A stretch of DNA of 55,081 nucleotides from a bacterium (GTDB taxonomy: Bacteria; Patescibacteriota; Doudnabacteria; UBA920), in assembly GCA_021825655.1 (NCBI GenBank), contig JAKAGU010000006.1, positions 1-55,081 on the forward strand, read 5' to 3'. Below, one piece after another: positions 14,294-22,519 of this stretch. Positions within the stretch are counted from its first letter, which is position 1. Each line of letters starts with the position of its first letter. A model generated the notes under the pieces. It worked only from the letters and a program-made list of their open reading frames with translations, ran no database searches and was not told the origin of the DNA. The position numbers were made by a program, and so were the translations under genes.

Positions 14294-15280
14294 ATGCAGA
14301 AAGTTGTTATTTTAGGCGGCGGCTTAGGCGCCGCCATTTTTACAAAAAGCCTGAAAGACTTGCCGATTCAACTCACGACCATAGTGAGCAGTTTTGACGA
14401 TGGCGGCTCTACCGGACTCATCCGCCGCGATTATGGGGGTTGGGCTGTGGGGGATTGGCGCAACTGCCTGTTGGCCGCTTCTGAGTTGCCTGATGAGTAT
14501 AAACGGGGCCTAGAGCACCGTTTTGGCCCGGGACAGCTGTATGGTATGCAAACCGGCAACGTTCTTTTAAAAGCCATTTTAAACACCCACAAGCCATTTA
14601 TAAAAGCCAACCGGATCATCCACGAACAGTTATCGGTACGCCATACAATTTTACCTGCATCTTTAAGCGACAGCAGGATTACCGCTGTTTTGTCTAACGG
14701 CCGCCGACTGGTGGGACAGCGGGAGATTGCCGATTATCTGAGTTTTGCGCGAGCCCCCATACTTAAAATTGGCCTGACAAAAAAAGCCGGTCTTCTGCCT
14801 CAGGCCAGGCGCGCAATTCTGGAAGCAGACTTGCTCGTCTTTGCGCCCGGACATTTTTTTACCAGCCTTTTACCCCACCTGTCAGTCGGTGGTTTTAAGG
14901 AGGTTTGGCAAAAGAGCGGGGCTAAAAAGCTCTGGTTTGTAAATTTACTGGCCCACAAAGGCCAGGATGATTATTATACTTTGGCCGATCACCTAAAGTG
15001 GTTTCAAAGAATTTTGGGACTAAAGCCTTTTCATGAAATTTGGTATAATGCAAAAATCGGGCCAAGGATGGCCCAAAAGGTTGAAGACCGTTTTGAACCC
15101 TTACGGATAACAACCGGGGACTTGGCCAGCATAAAGAAACTTGGAATTAGGGCAATACCCGCAGACTTGGTCCGCAAAGGACTGGCGGCCCAGCGGGAGA
15201 ATGATTTTATTATGCGCGCGCCCGTACGCCATGATCCGGAAAAAATTAAGCAAATCTTTAAACAAATCTTGAATGTCTAG
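14294..15280 (+). CDS. yvcK: YvcK/GlmR (gluconeogenesis factor, CofD-like) family protein
   Basis: VVILGGGLG, FDDGGSTG, GDWRNCL, ADLLVFAPGHFFTSLLPHL, VRHDPEKI; ATG 14294 preferred over GTG 14255. Confidence 0.9.
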   Translation: MQKVVILGGGLGAAIFTKSLKDLPIQLTTIVSSFDDGGSTGLIRRDYGGWAVGDWRNCLLAASELPDEYKRGLEHRFGPGQLYGMQTGNVLLKAILNTHKPFIKANRIIHEQLSVRHTILPASLSDSRITAVLSNGRRLVGQREIADYLSFARAPILKIGLTKKAGLLPQARRAILEADLLVFAPGHFFTSLLPHLSVGGFKEVWQKSGAKKLWFVNLLAHKGQDDYYTLADHLKWFQRILGLKPFHEIWYNAKIGPRMAQKVEDRFEPLRITTGDLASIKKLGIRAIPADLVRKGLAAQRENDFIMRAPVRHDPEKIKQIFKQILNV

Positions 15281-16013
15281 CCAAATTGTAATTTTAGCCG
15301 CAGGCAAAGGCACGCGCATGGGCGACCAGCCGTGGCCAAAAGTACTCGCCCCCTTAAAGGGTCGTCCGCTTATTTCGTATATTTTGGACGAAGTAAAAAA
15401 ATTGGAATTGGAGCTGCCTCCCGTGGTGGTGGTGGGTTTTATGCAGGATAAAGTCAGGCAGGAACTGGGAGAGAAATACCTTTACGCGGTCCAGGAACAA
15501 CAACTGGGCACGGGGCACGCCGCCGCGGCCGCAAAAAGCCTGGTCACGGCCAAAAATGTCGTGGTGCTTTACGGCGATATGCCTTTTATCCGCGCGGAGA
15601 GCCTGAAAAATTTAATCCAAACGCAGGAGCTGACAGGCGACAAGCTGTCCATGTTTACCGCAACGGTTAAAAATTTCGACGGCCCTTTGGGTGCTTTGGA
15701 AAAATACGGCCGGATTATCCGCAACAGCAGCGGCGATATATTGAAAATCACCGAGTACAAAGACTGTACCTCTGAGGAAAAGCAGGTTAAGGAAGTTAAT
15801 CCCGGCGTCTACTGCTTTGACAGCCAGTGGTTATGGGCAAATATCGTCCGGATTAACAAACAGAACACGCAAAGCGAGTATTATTTGACCGATATGCTGG
15901 AGATAGCCGTGGGGCAAGGGGAGCGGGTGAACAGTTTGCCGATTACCCCGGAAGAGGTGCTGGGTATTAATACCTGGGAAGACCACGGGCACGCAGAAAA
16001 TTTGATTGTATAG
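15273..16013 (+). CDS. GlmU N-terminal-like nucleotidyltransferase (probable GlcNAc-1-P uridyltransferase)
   Basis: ILAAGKGTRM..PKVL, QLGTGHA, LYGDMP, YGRIIR, EVNPGVY, EYYLTD, GINTWED; lacks the acetyltransferase domain. Confidence 0.88.
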   Translation: MSSQIVILAAGKGTRMGDQPWPKVLAPLKGRPLISYILDEVKKLELELPPVVVVGFMQDKVRQELGEKYLYAVQEQQLGTGHAAAAAKSLVTAKNVVVLYGDMPFIRAESLKNLIQTQELTGDKLSMFTATVKNFDGPLGALEKYGRIIRNSSGDILKITEYKDCTSEEKQVKEVNPGVYCFDSQWLWANIVRINKQNTQSEYYLTDMLEIAVGQGERVNSLPITPEEVLGINTWEDHGHAENLIV

Positions 16014-16019
16014 AAATCA

Positions 16020-16052
16020 AAACAGCGAGGCCGGGGCTTCGCTGTTTTTTTT
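16020..16052. terminator. Intrinsic terminator
   Basis: AAACAGCGAGGCC/GGCTTCGCTGTTT followed by T tract, between convergent genes. Confidence 0.7.
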
Positions 16053-16061
16053 GTGGCCTGT

Positions 16062-16457
16062 TCAGGCCGTGACCCTAGCCCGGGAAGGTGTGCCGTGGTG
16101 GTGTTCAAAGTCGGCTTTTAGCCGGCTGTAGAAATCCTCCAAAAGCTGCGGAAGCAGCTCGGCCTCTACCGGGTTTTCATCAGCAGTCTGTCTTTGGACC
16201 TGGGACAGCCTCTCGTGGAGGCTTTGTCTGCCCTGTATAAGGTGGATATACAGGTAGATGTCCCGGGTGCCGCGGTAAGAATATTTACTGATGACAGAGC
16301 TCACGGCCGTCTGGATTTGCGTGCGGGCTTTTTCCAGCATCGCCTTCGAGGCAAGTCCCTGGTAGGGCTGGACGATGAGGGCGAAGTAAAGAAAATCCAC
16401 CAGGGCGTTGTGGAACGCGTCGACTTGGGTTTGGGCCATGAGTTTATTCAAGGTCAT
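16062..16457 (-). CDS. Hypothetical orphan protein, 131 aa
   Basis: AGGAGG 6 nt upstream of ATG; helical-looking sequence, no known motif. Confidence 0.6.
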   Translation of the reverse strand: MTLNKLMAQTQVDAFHNALVDFLYFALIVQPYQGLASKAMLEKARTQIQTAVSSVISKYSYRGTRDIYLYIHLIQGRQSLHERLSQVQRQTADENPVEAELLPQLLEDFYSRLKADFEHHHGTPSRARVTA

Positions 16458-16535
16458 TGGGGTCCTCCTGTGGACTGTGGGAGAGCGGGGGCCGGCTGTC
16501 TTTCCGGCCCTGTGGTCGGTTGGTGCATGGAGCCC

Positions 16536-16706
16536 TTAGGCTCCAATCGGGTTTCTGAGGTCGTCCGGATGGACACCCTCTTCGTTGAAGGGGTTAATCT
16601 CCCAGATTCCTCCGGGCAGGATTTTCCCCTGGGCGAGCTCGATGCCTCTGGGGGCTGCGGCGGTTTCGGCAGTTTTTTCGGGAACGGTCATTGCGGTATT
16701 CTCCAT
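16536..16706 (-). CDS. Small hypothetical protein, 56 aa (below track cutoff)
   Basis: Manual translation MENTAMTVPEKTAETAAAPRGIELAQGKILPGGIWEINPFNEEGVHPDDLRNPIGA*, upstream of the 131-aa orphan. Confidence 0.45.
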   Translation of the reverse strand: MENTAMTVPEKTAETAAAPRGIELAQGKILPGGIWEINPFNEEGVHPDDLRNPIGA

Positions 16707-16769
16707 GCCTATATTTTTGCATCCATTTTTTTACTTTTAAAATATTTGTATGATATAATATGATAAAGT

Positions 16770-17606
16770 ATGAAAAGAGAACGGATTACCATTACTCTAA
16801 AACCGGACTTGCTTAAGGCCTTGGATAGCACCATAGACGGCAATCGGGTGCGCAATCGCAGCCATGCGGCGGAACTGGCATTGTCTAAAGCCTTGCTTAA
16901 AAAACCGGTTAAGGCTTTAATTCTGGCCGGAGGCAGGGATATTCGCCTGCCCCAGCTTGGCCGGGAAATGCCCAAAAGCCTTTTGCCCATTCAAGGCCGT
17001 CCGCTGTTGGAGCACGCTATCCTGCGTTTAAAGGCCAGCGGTTTGGATGAGATTATAATTTCCATCGGGCAGAGCGGGCAAAAAATCCGCGACCATTTCC
17101 GCAATGGTTCGCGGTTTGGGGTGAATATTTCCTATATTGAACAGAACCAGATTAAGCGGGGCACAGCCCAGCCCCTGCATCAGGCCCAGGCCCAGCTGAT
17201 GGATAATAATTTTTTACTGATTTACGGCGACGTGCTCGCCAATATTGATTTCGGAGATTTTCTGGAATTCCACGAACAGCAGAAGAACCTGGTTGCCACT
17301 ATGGCCTTGGCGTCCGTGGAAAGGGTAAGTATGTGGGGCGTAGCCAGGCTGGTGGGCAGCAAGGTGGCCGAGTTTCAGGAAAAACCCAAAAATCCCACCA
17401 CACAGTCGCATTTGGTGAATGCGGGAATCTACGTGATGAGCCCTAAAATTTTTGAGTATTTAACGCCTGAAATGATCAAGCTGGAAAGCGACCTTTTTCC
17501 CCGCCTGGCAGAAGAAAACCGCTTGGGCGGTTACAGTTTTGGCGGCAATTGGTGCGATGTTTCAACTCCCCAGGCCTATCAGCAAGCGTTGAAGGACTGG
17601 AAATAA
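16770..17606 (+). CDS. Ribbon-helix-helix (CopG/NikR-like) domain fused to an NDP-sugar pyrophosphorylase domain
   Basis: RITITL.PDLLKALD......NRSHA then ILAGG...RL..PKSLL, GTAQPL, YGDVL, EFQEKP, VNAGIY, WCDVSTP. Confidence 0.85.
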   Translation: MKRERITITLKPDLLKALDSTIDGNRVRNRSHAAELALSKALLKKPVKALILAGGRDIRLPQLGREMPKSLLPIQGRPLLEHAILRLKASGLDEIIISIGQSGQKIRDHFRNGSRFGVNISYIEQNQIKRGTAQPLHQAQAQLMDNNFLLIYGDVLANIDFGDFLEFHEQQKNLVATMALASVERVSMWGVARLVGSKVAEFQEKPKNPTTQSHLVNAGIYVMSPKIFEYLTPEMIKLESDLFPRLAEENRLGGYSFGGNWCDVSTPQAYQQALKDWK

Positions 17607-17634
17607 AAAACCTCCGTCTTAGCGGAGGTTTTTT
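17605..17634. terminator. Bidirectional terminator
   Basis: A6-CCTCCG-TCTTAG-CGGAGG-T6 between convergent genes. Confidence 0.7.
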
Positions 17635-18392
17635 ATTATGTAGTTATGGAGTTTGCCGTTACTGGCAACTACGGAACGCGCCGACAGGGTGAGGGGTTTC
17701 CCCCGTGTGTCGGTTACTTTGCCCCCGGCTTCCTGTACGATTAGCGCAGCAGCGGCAATATCCCAGATATACATGCCTGTGCCAAAGTAAAAATCCATTT
17801 TAGCGTCGGCCACAAAGCACATCTGCAGGGTGGTGGTGCCCAAGGCCCGGGCCTTGGCAAATTTTTCCACTCCCACCCTGAAAAGCTTTGCCCTTTCTTT
17901 TCTGCTGTTGGACCTGGTCCAGCCTACGCCGCCTAAAGCTCCCATGGGGTTACGTATTTTGGACACTGAAATGGCTTTGCCGTTCAGTTTGGCGCCCCTG
18001 CCTCTTTCGGCGGTGTACAAAGATTCGGTGACGGGATTATAAACCACGGAAACCAACGGACCCTTGTGGTCCCAGAGGCCGATGGAAATGCAGGCTAAGG
18101 GCAGTCCTTGGGCAAAATTGTTAGTGCCGTCAATCGGGTCGAGAAGCCAGATAAACTGGCCCGGGGAGATTTTGGGCAGGCCGCCGAACTCTTCGCCTAA
18201 AATATGATGTTCTGGGAAAGCCCGGGTAATGCGGGCGCGGATAATTTTTTCAATTGCCAGGTCCGCGTCCGTAACCAGGTTTCTGTGCTCGTGTTTTTTT
18301 TCGCGTACGCCCGTAGCTTGGCCAAAGTATTTTTTGAAAATTCTGCCCCCGGCGCGCGCAGCCTGAAGGGCTATCTTTGAATGCGTTTCCAT
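17619..18392 (-). CDS. Inositol monophosphatase / FBPase family protein
   Basis: LVTDAD, ILGEE, WLLDPIDGTNNF, WDIAAAALIVQEAGG; start METHSKIA at 18392. Confidence 0.92.
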   Translation of the reverse strand: METHSKIALQAARAGGRIFKKYFGQATGVREKKHEHRNLVTDADLAIEKIIRARITRAFPEHHILGEEFGGLPKISPGQFIWLLDPIDGTNNFAQGLPLACISIGLWDHKGPLVSVVYNPVTESLYTAERGRGAKLNGKAISVSKIRNPMGALGGVGWTRSNSRKERAKLFRVGVEKFAKARALGTTTLQMCFVADAKMDFYFGTGMYIWDIAAAALIVQEAGGKVTDTRGKPLTLSARSVVASNGKLHNYIIKNLR

Positions 18393-18417
18393 GGAAAAGT
18401 GTGTTAGAATGCCTAAT

Positions 18418-19683
18418 ATGAGAATTATAGCCGACCTGCAGATCCATTCCAAATATTCCCGCGCCTGTTCCCAGGATTTGACCCCCAAAAATATTGGGCA
18501 CTGGGCGGACAAAAAAGGCATTGCCGTAATTGGCACCGGCGATTTTACCCATCCCAAGTGGCTTTCGGAGCTGAAAAATGCGCTGGAGGAAACGCGGCCC
18601 GGCCTGTACCAGCTTAAAGACAAATCCGCTCGGGTCTATTTTATGCTTACTTCGGAGATTTCTTCCATTTATAAGCAAGGGGAGAAGCTGAGGCGCCAGC
18701 ATACCTGCGTGTTTGCTCCCAATTTTGCAGCTGTTGATAAATTTATTGAAGGCTTGGAAAGCCAGGGGGCGAACCTTAAGTCTGACGGCCGGCCAATCAC
18801 GGGCATTCATTGCGACGAGCTGGTAAAAATTGCCCTGGCCGCCGACAGCCGCAACTTTATTGTTCCGGCGCACGTGTGGACTCCGCATTTTGGCGCTTTC
18901 GGCTCCCTGTCGGGCTTTGATTCCATAGCCGAGGCTTTTGGCGACCAGGCTAAGTATATTTTTGCTATTGAGACCGGCCTCTCCTCCGATCCCAAAATGA
19001 ACTGGCAAATTTCCGCGCTCGATAAATATACTCTGGTTTCCAATTCCGATGCGCACTCTTTGCGCAAAATCGGCCGGGAAGCCAATGCCTTTGAAATTCC
19101 GGAAAAAGAACTGTCGTACGACTCCATAATTGGGACCATAAAAAGCAAGGATCCGCAGAGGTTTTTGTATACCATTGAGTTTTTTCCCGAAGAAGGCAAG
19201 TACCATTTGGACGGGCATGCAGATTGTAAGTTTTCCTGCGAGCCGGAAAAGACCAGAAAATTGGGCGGCAAGTGTCCGGTCTGTGGCAAAAAACTCCTGG
19301 TGGGGGTCTTAAGCCGCGTGGCTGAACTAGCTGACCGGGAGTACGGTTTTGTGCCCCCGGGGGCGATTCCGTTTAAGAACATTATTCCGTTGGAAGAGAT
19401 TATCGCGGAAACTTTTGATGTCGGAGCCGGCAGCAAGCGCGTGCTAGAAACCTATAACCGGATGACGGACAAATACCCGGAATTTGAAATTTTGCTGGAT
19501 TTGTCGGAAAGCGAAATTGCCAAAATCAGCGCTGCCGAAATTGCCACTGCGATTTTACGGGTCAGGGAAGGCAAAGTTCGCGTAGAAGGGGGGTACGACG
19601 GGGTGTTCGGCAAAATCCACATTTTTTCCAATGAGGAGCGCGACAAGGTGCTTAGAAAACCGAAACAAATGGGACTATTTTAA
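18418..19683 (+). CDS. PHP-domain protein, endonuclease Q / TIGR00375-like family
   Basis: ADLQIHSKYSRA, GTGDFTHP, PAHVWTP, IETGLSSDP, SNSDAHS, EEGKYHLDGH..C, CPVCG, GGYDG.FG. Confidence 0.88.
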   Translation: MRIIADLQIHSKYSRACSQDLTPKNIGHWADKKGIAVIGTGDFTHPKWLSELKNALEETRPGLYQLKDKSARVYFMLTSEISSIYKQGEKLRRQHTCVFAPNFAAVDKFIEGLESQGANLKSDGRPITGIHCDELVKIALAADSRNFIVPAHVWTPHFGAFGSLSGFDSIAEAFGDQAKYIFAIETGLSSDPKMNWQISALDKYTLVSNSDAHSLRKIGREANAFEIPEKELSYDSIIGTIKSKDPQRFLYTIEFFPEEGKYHLDGHADCKFSCEPEKTRKLGGKCPVCGKKLLVGVLSRVAELADREYGFVPPGAIPFKNIIPLEEIIAETFDVGAGSKRVLETYNRMTDKYPEFEILLDLSESEIAKISAAEIATAILRVREGKVRVEGGYDGVFGKIHIFSNEERDKVLRKPKQMGLF

Positions 19684-19708
19684 ACCCCCTGCCAATGGCA
19701 GGGGGTTT
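19682..19708. terminator. Bidirectional terminator
   Basis: AAACCCCCTGCC-AAT-GGCAGGGGGTTT between convergent genes. Confidence 0.75.
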
Positions 19709-19719
19709 GTGTTTTAGGG

Positions 19720-20979
19720 TTATCCGGCAAGTTCTTCCTCTATCCGCATCAGTCGGTTGTATTTGCAGACGCGTTCGCCCCGCGTTGGGCCGACTTTAAT
19801 CCATTTCGAGCCCACAGCCACGGCTAAGTCCACCAAAAAGGTGTCGTTGGTTTCCCCGCCGCCCCGATGGGAAGGAATGGTGGTAAGGTCGTGTTCGATT
19901 GCCAGTTTACAGCAATCAACGGTTTCGGTGACCGAACCCGCCTGGTTGAGTTTGATGAGAATCGCGTTGGCCGCTTTTACATCAATGGCTTTTTGCCAAA
20001 GTTTAGTGTTGGTGACGGTCAGGTCGTCGGCAACAATTTTAACTCTGCCCGCTGCTGCCAGGAGTTTTGGCCAGTGCTCCCAGTCAAACTCGGACAAAAA
20101 ATCTTCAGCAGTGACAATTGGGTATTTCCCAAACCAACCCTCGGCTTTGGCTATCATTTCTTCGCTTGTAAGCTTAGTGTTTTCTGTAGCCAGAGTGTAA
20201 ACACCTTTTTCATAAAATTCGGAAGCCGCTGCATCCAGCGAAATGCCTGCGTCAATACCGGACTTATAGCCCGCCAATTCAATGGCTTGGACCAGAAGTT
20301 TTAATGGCTTTTCGTTGCTGCCAATGCCCTCGGGGGCAAAAGCGCCTTCGTTGCCTACGTTGGTTGAAAAATGTTCGTGTTTTAAGATTCCTTTAAGTTT
20401 TTGGTAGATTTCCATTTCCATGCGCACATTGTCCGCGGCTGTCCAGTCGTCACGGAGGCCGGAAACCAGGTATTCCTGCAAGTCGGTAGAATTATCCGCG
20501 TGCTGACCGCCTTCTATCATGACCACCATGGGCTTGGGCAGGCTGTAAGCCGTGAGGCTGATGTTGAAAGCCTGGCGGAGGTATTTATACAGCGGCATTC
20601 CGGTTTCGTTCGAAGCGGCTCTAGCCACGGCCATGGATACGCCCAGGATGGCGTTAGCACCAAGGGTGCGCTTGTTTTCGGTGCCGTCGGCAGTCAGCAT
20701 TAAATTATCGATTTCGCGCTGGTGGGTTGCTTCTTTGCCTTGCAGCAGGGGGGCAAGTTTTTCGTTGACATTGGCTTTAGCCAAAAGCATGCCTTTGCCG
20801 TCAAAGCGTTTTTTGTCCCCGTCCAAAAGCACAAAAGCTTCTTTGCTTCCGGCTGAAACGCCATAAGACACGCTGGCCTCCCCGCTGGCGCCTGACTCCA
20901 AGGTAACAACCACTTCCAAAGAAGGGGCTCCGCCCGAAGCCAGAATCTCGCGGGCAAAAATGTTTTTGATTTTGCTCAT
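19720..20979 (-). CDS. eno: Enolase (divergent)
   Basis: LGANAILGVS, GGQHA, NEGAFAP, DAAASEF, ADDLTVTN, LIKLNQ, SHR, IK..., KYNRLMRIEE. Confidence 0.92.
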   Translation of the reverse strand: MSKIKNIFAREILASGGAPSLEVVVTLESGASGEASVSYGVSAGSKEAFVLLDGDKKRFDGKGMLLAKANVNEKLAPLLQGKEATHQREIDNLMLTADGTENKRTLGANAILGVSMAVARAASNETGMPLYKYLRQAFNISLTAYSLPKPMVVMIEGGQHADNSTDLQEYLVSGLRDDWTAADNVRMEMEIYQKLKGILKHEHFSTNVGNEGAFAPEGIGSNEKPLKLLVQAIELAGYKSGIDAGISLDAAASEFYEKGVYTLATENTKLTSEEMIAKAEGWFGKYPIVTAEDFLSEFDWEHWPKLLAAAGRVKIVADDLTVTNTKLWQKAIDVKAANAILIKLNQAGSVTETVDCCKLAIEHDLTTIPSHRGGGETNDTFLVDLAVAVGSKWIKVGPTRGERVCKYNRLMRIEEELAG

Positions 20980-21022
20980 GGCTTAATTATATCATTTTTG
21001 GGAAATTTGATATAATCAAAAC

Positions 21023-22417
21023 ATGACGAAAAAGACCAAAATCGTGTGTACCTTGGGGCCGGCTTCGGCTTCCGTAAAACTAATTACCGATATGGTGGCG
21101 GCGGGCATGAATGTGGCGCGCTTGAACTTTTCCCATGGCGACTACGAGAGCCATGAACAGTTGATTAAGAATGTGAGGCAGGTTTCGGTGAAGCTGAAAA
21201 CCCCCTTGGCGATTATTCAGGATTTGCACGGGCCTAAAATTCGGGTGAAGAATCTGAAAACCCCGCTGGAAGTAAAAATCGGCCAGACCGTGGTAATCGG
21301 CAAGGACTTCGATTTGGATGCGGAGGTTGTACGCAGCATCCGGCCGCGGCAAAGAATCCTGATTGAAGACGGCCTGATTGAAATGGAAGTACAGAAAGTG
21401 GCCGGCAACCGGGTTTTTTGTACCGTGCTTTCTCCGGGAAAAATTCAGGACAAAAAAGGGGTTAACTTGCCCCGCACGCGCCTGAAAATTCCGATTTTAA
21501 CGGACAAGGATGTGCAGGACTTGAAATTTGGCTTGAAAATGGACGTGGATTATATTGCCCTGTCTTTTGTCCGGACCGCCCAAGACGTAAGAAACTTGAA
21601 AAAACTTATTGACAAGTACACACCCAAGGACATTGAGAAGCCGAAAATTATTGCTAAAATCGAGAAGCCGGAAGCGGTAAAGAATTTTGATGCCATCCTG
21701 AAGGAAGTGGATGCGGTGATGGTGGCGAGGGGCGATTTGGGCGTGGAAATGCCCGAGGCGCAGGTCCCCATTATCCAGAAGACGATTATCCAGAAATGTT
21801 TGAAAGCGGCCAAGCCCGTGATTGTGGCCACCCAGATGCTGGATTCCATGATCAGAAACCCGCGGCCGACCCGCGCGGAAGTTTCGGATGTGGCCAACGC
21901 GGTAATCGACCAGACTGACTGCGTCATGCTGTCGGGGGAAACGGCTTTTGGCCGGTACCCGCTTAAGACCGTGCAGCAGATGGCCAAGATTATTGAAGCC
22001 ACGGAAAAGAGCGTATTTTTGCCCGGCCATCGCCATTTGCTGGAGAAGGCCATGTCCCGGACTGAAGCGGTGGCGGAAAGCGTGAACGAACTGGCTAACA
22101 GTACCCATGCCCGGGTTATTGTCGGCGCTACGGACAGCGGTTTTACCGCGCGCGAGGTCGCGCACGAGCGCCCGGCCATGGCCAGTATTGTCATGCTTAC
22201 CCCGCGCGAAAAGGTCCAGCGGCAAATGTGCCTCATTTGGGGAGTGCAAAGTTTTCTGGTGCCAATCGTGAAAACTTACGAAAAACTCCTGGCCTTAATG
22301 ATTGATACCGCCAAGGAACATAAACTGATTAAGAAAGGCGAAAAGCTGGTAATTGTTACCGGAGAGCCTTTGGGTTTAAGGGAAAATTTGAATTTGGTCG
22401 AAGTTAAGACGGTCTAG
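21023..22417 (+). CDS. pyk: Pyruvate kinase
   Basis: KIVCTLGPAS, RLNFSHG, IAKIE, MVARGDLGVE, ATQMLDSM..PRPTRAE, MLSGETA. Confidence 0.98.
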   Translation: MTKKTKIVCTLGPASASVKLITDMVAAGMNVARLNFSHGDYESHEQLIKNVRQVSVKLKTPLAIIQDLHGPKIRVKNLKTPLEVKIGQTVVIGKDFDLDAEVVRSIRPRQRILIEDGLIEMEVQKVAGNRVFCTVLSPGKIQDKKGVNLPRTRLKIPILTDKDVQDLKFGLKMDVDYIALSFVRTAQDVRNLKKLIDKYTPKDIEKPKIIAKIEKPEAVKNFDAILKEVDAVMVARGDLGVEMPEAQVPIIQKTIIQKCLKAAKPVIVATQMLDSMIRNPRPTRAEVSDVANAVIDQTDCVMLSGETAFGRYPLKTVQQMAKIIEATEKSVFLPGHRHLLEKAMSRTEAVAESVNELANSTHARVIVGATDSGFTAREVAHERPAMASIVMLTPREKVQRQMCLIWGVQSFLVPIVKTYEKLLALMIDTAKEHKLIKKGEKLVIVTGEPLGLRENLNLVEVKTV

Positions 22418-22439
22418 CCATTTTTCTTCGCGCGTCCGG

Positions 22440-22476
22440 GAATTGCGTAAAAATTTACGCAATTCTTTTATTTTTG
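22440..22476 (+). terminator. Hairpin/palindrome between pyk and ppsA
   Basis: GAATTGCGTAAA-AA-TTTACGCAATTC followed by a T-rich tract. Confidence 0.55.
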
Positions 22477-22519
22477 GTATAATGTAAGGGTAAAAACCAA
22501 TTCAACCAAAGAAACAAAT

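Noticed and set aside
15273-16060. Frameshifted or truncated glmU pseudogene
   Set aside because: Stop is followed directly by a terminator and no hexapeptide-repeat remnant is seen downstream, so it is a genuine single-domain gene
16194-16763. 189-aa plus-strand ORF
   Set aside because: Overlaps SD-led minus-strand ORFs; no plausible start signals or motif
18250-19436. Long minus-strand ORFs (322 and 209 aa)
   Set aside because: Antisense to the clearly conserved PHP-domain gene
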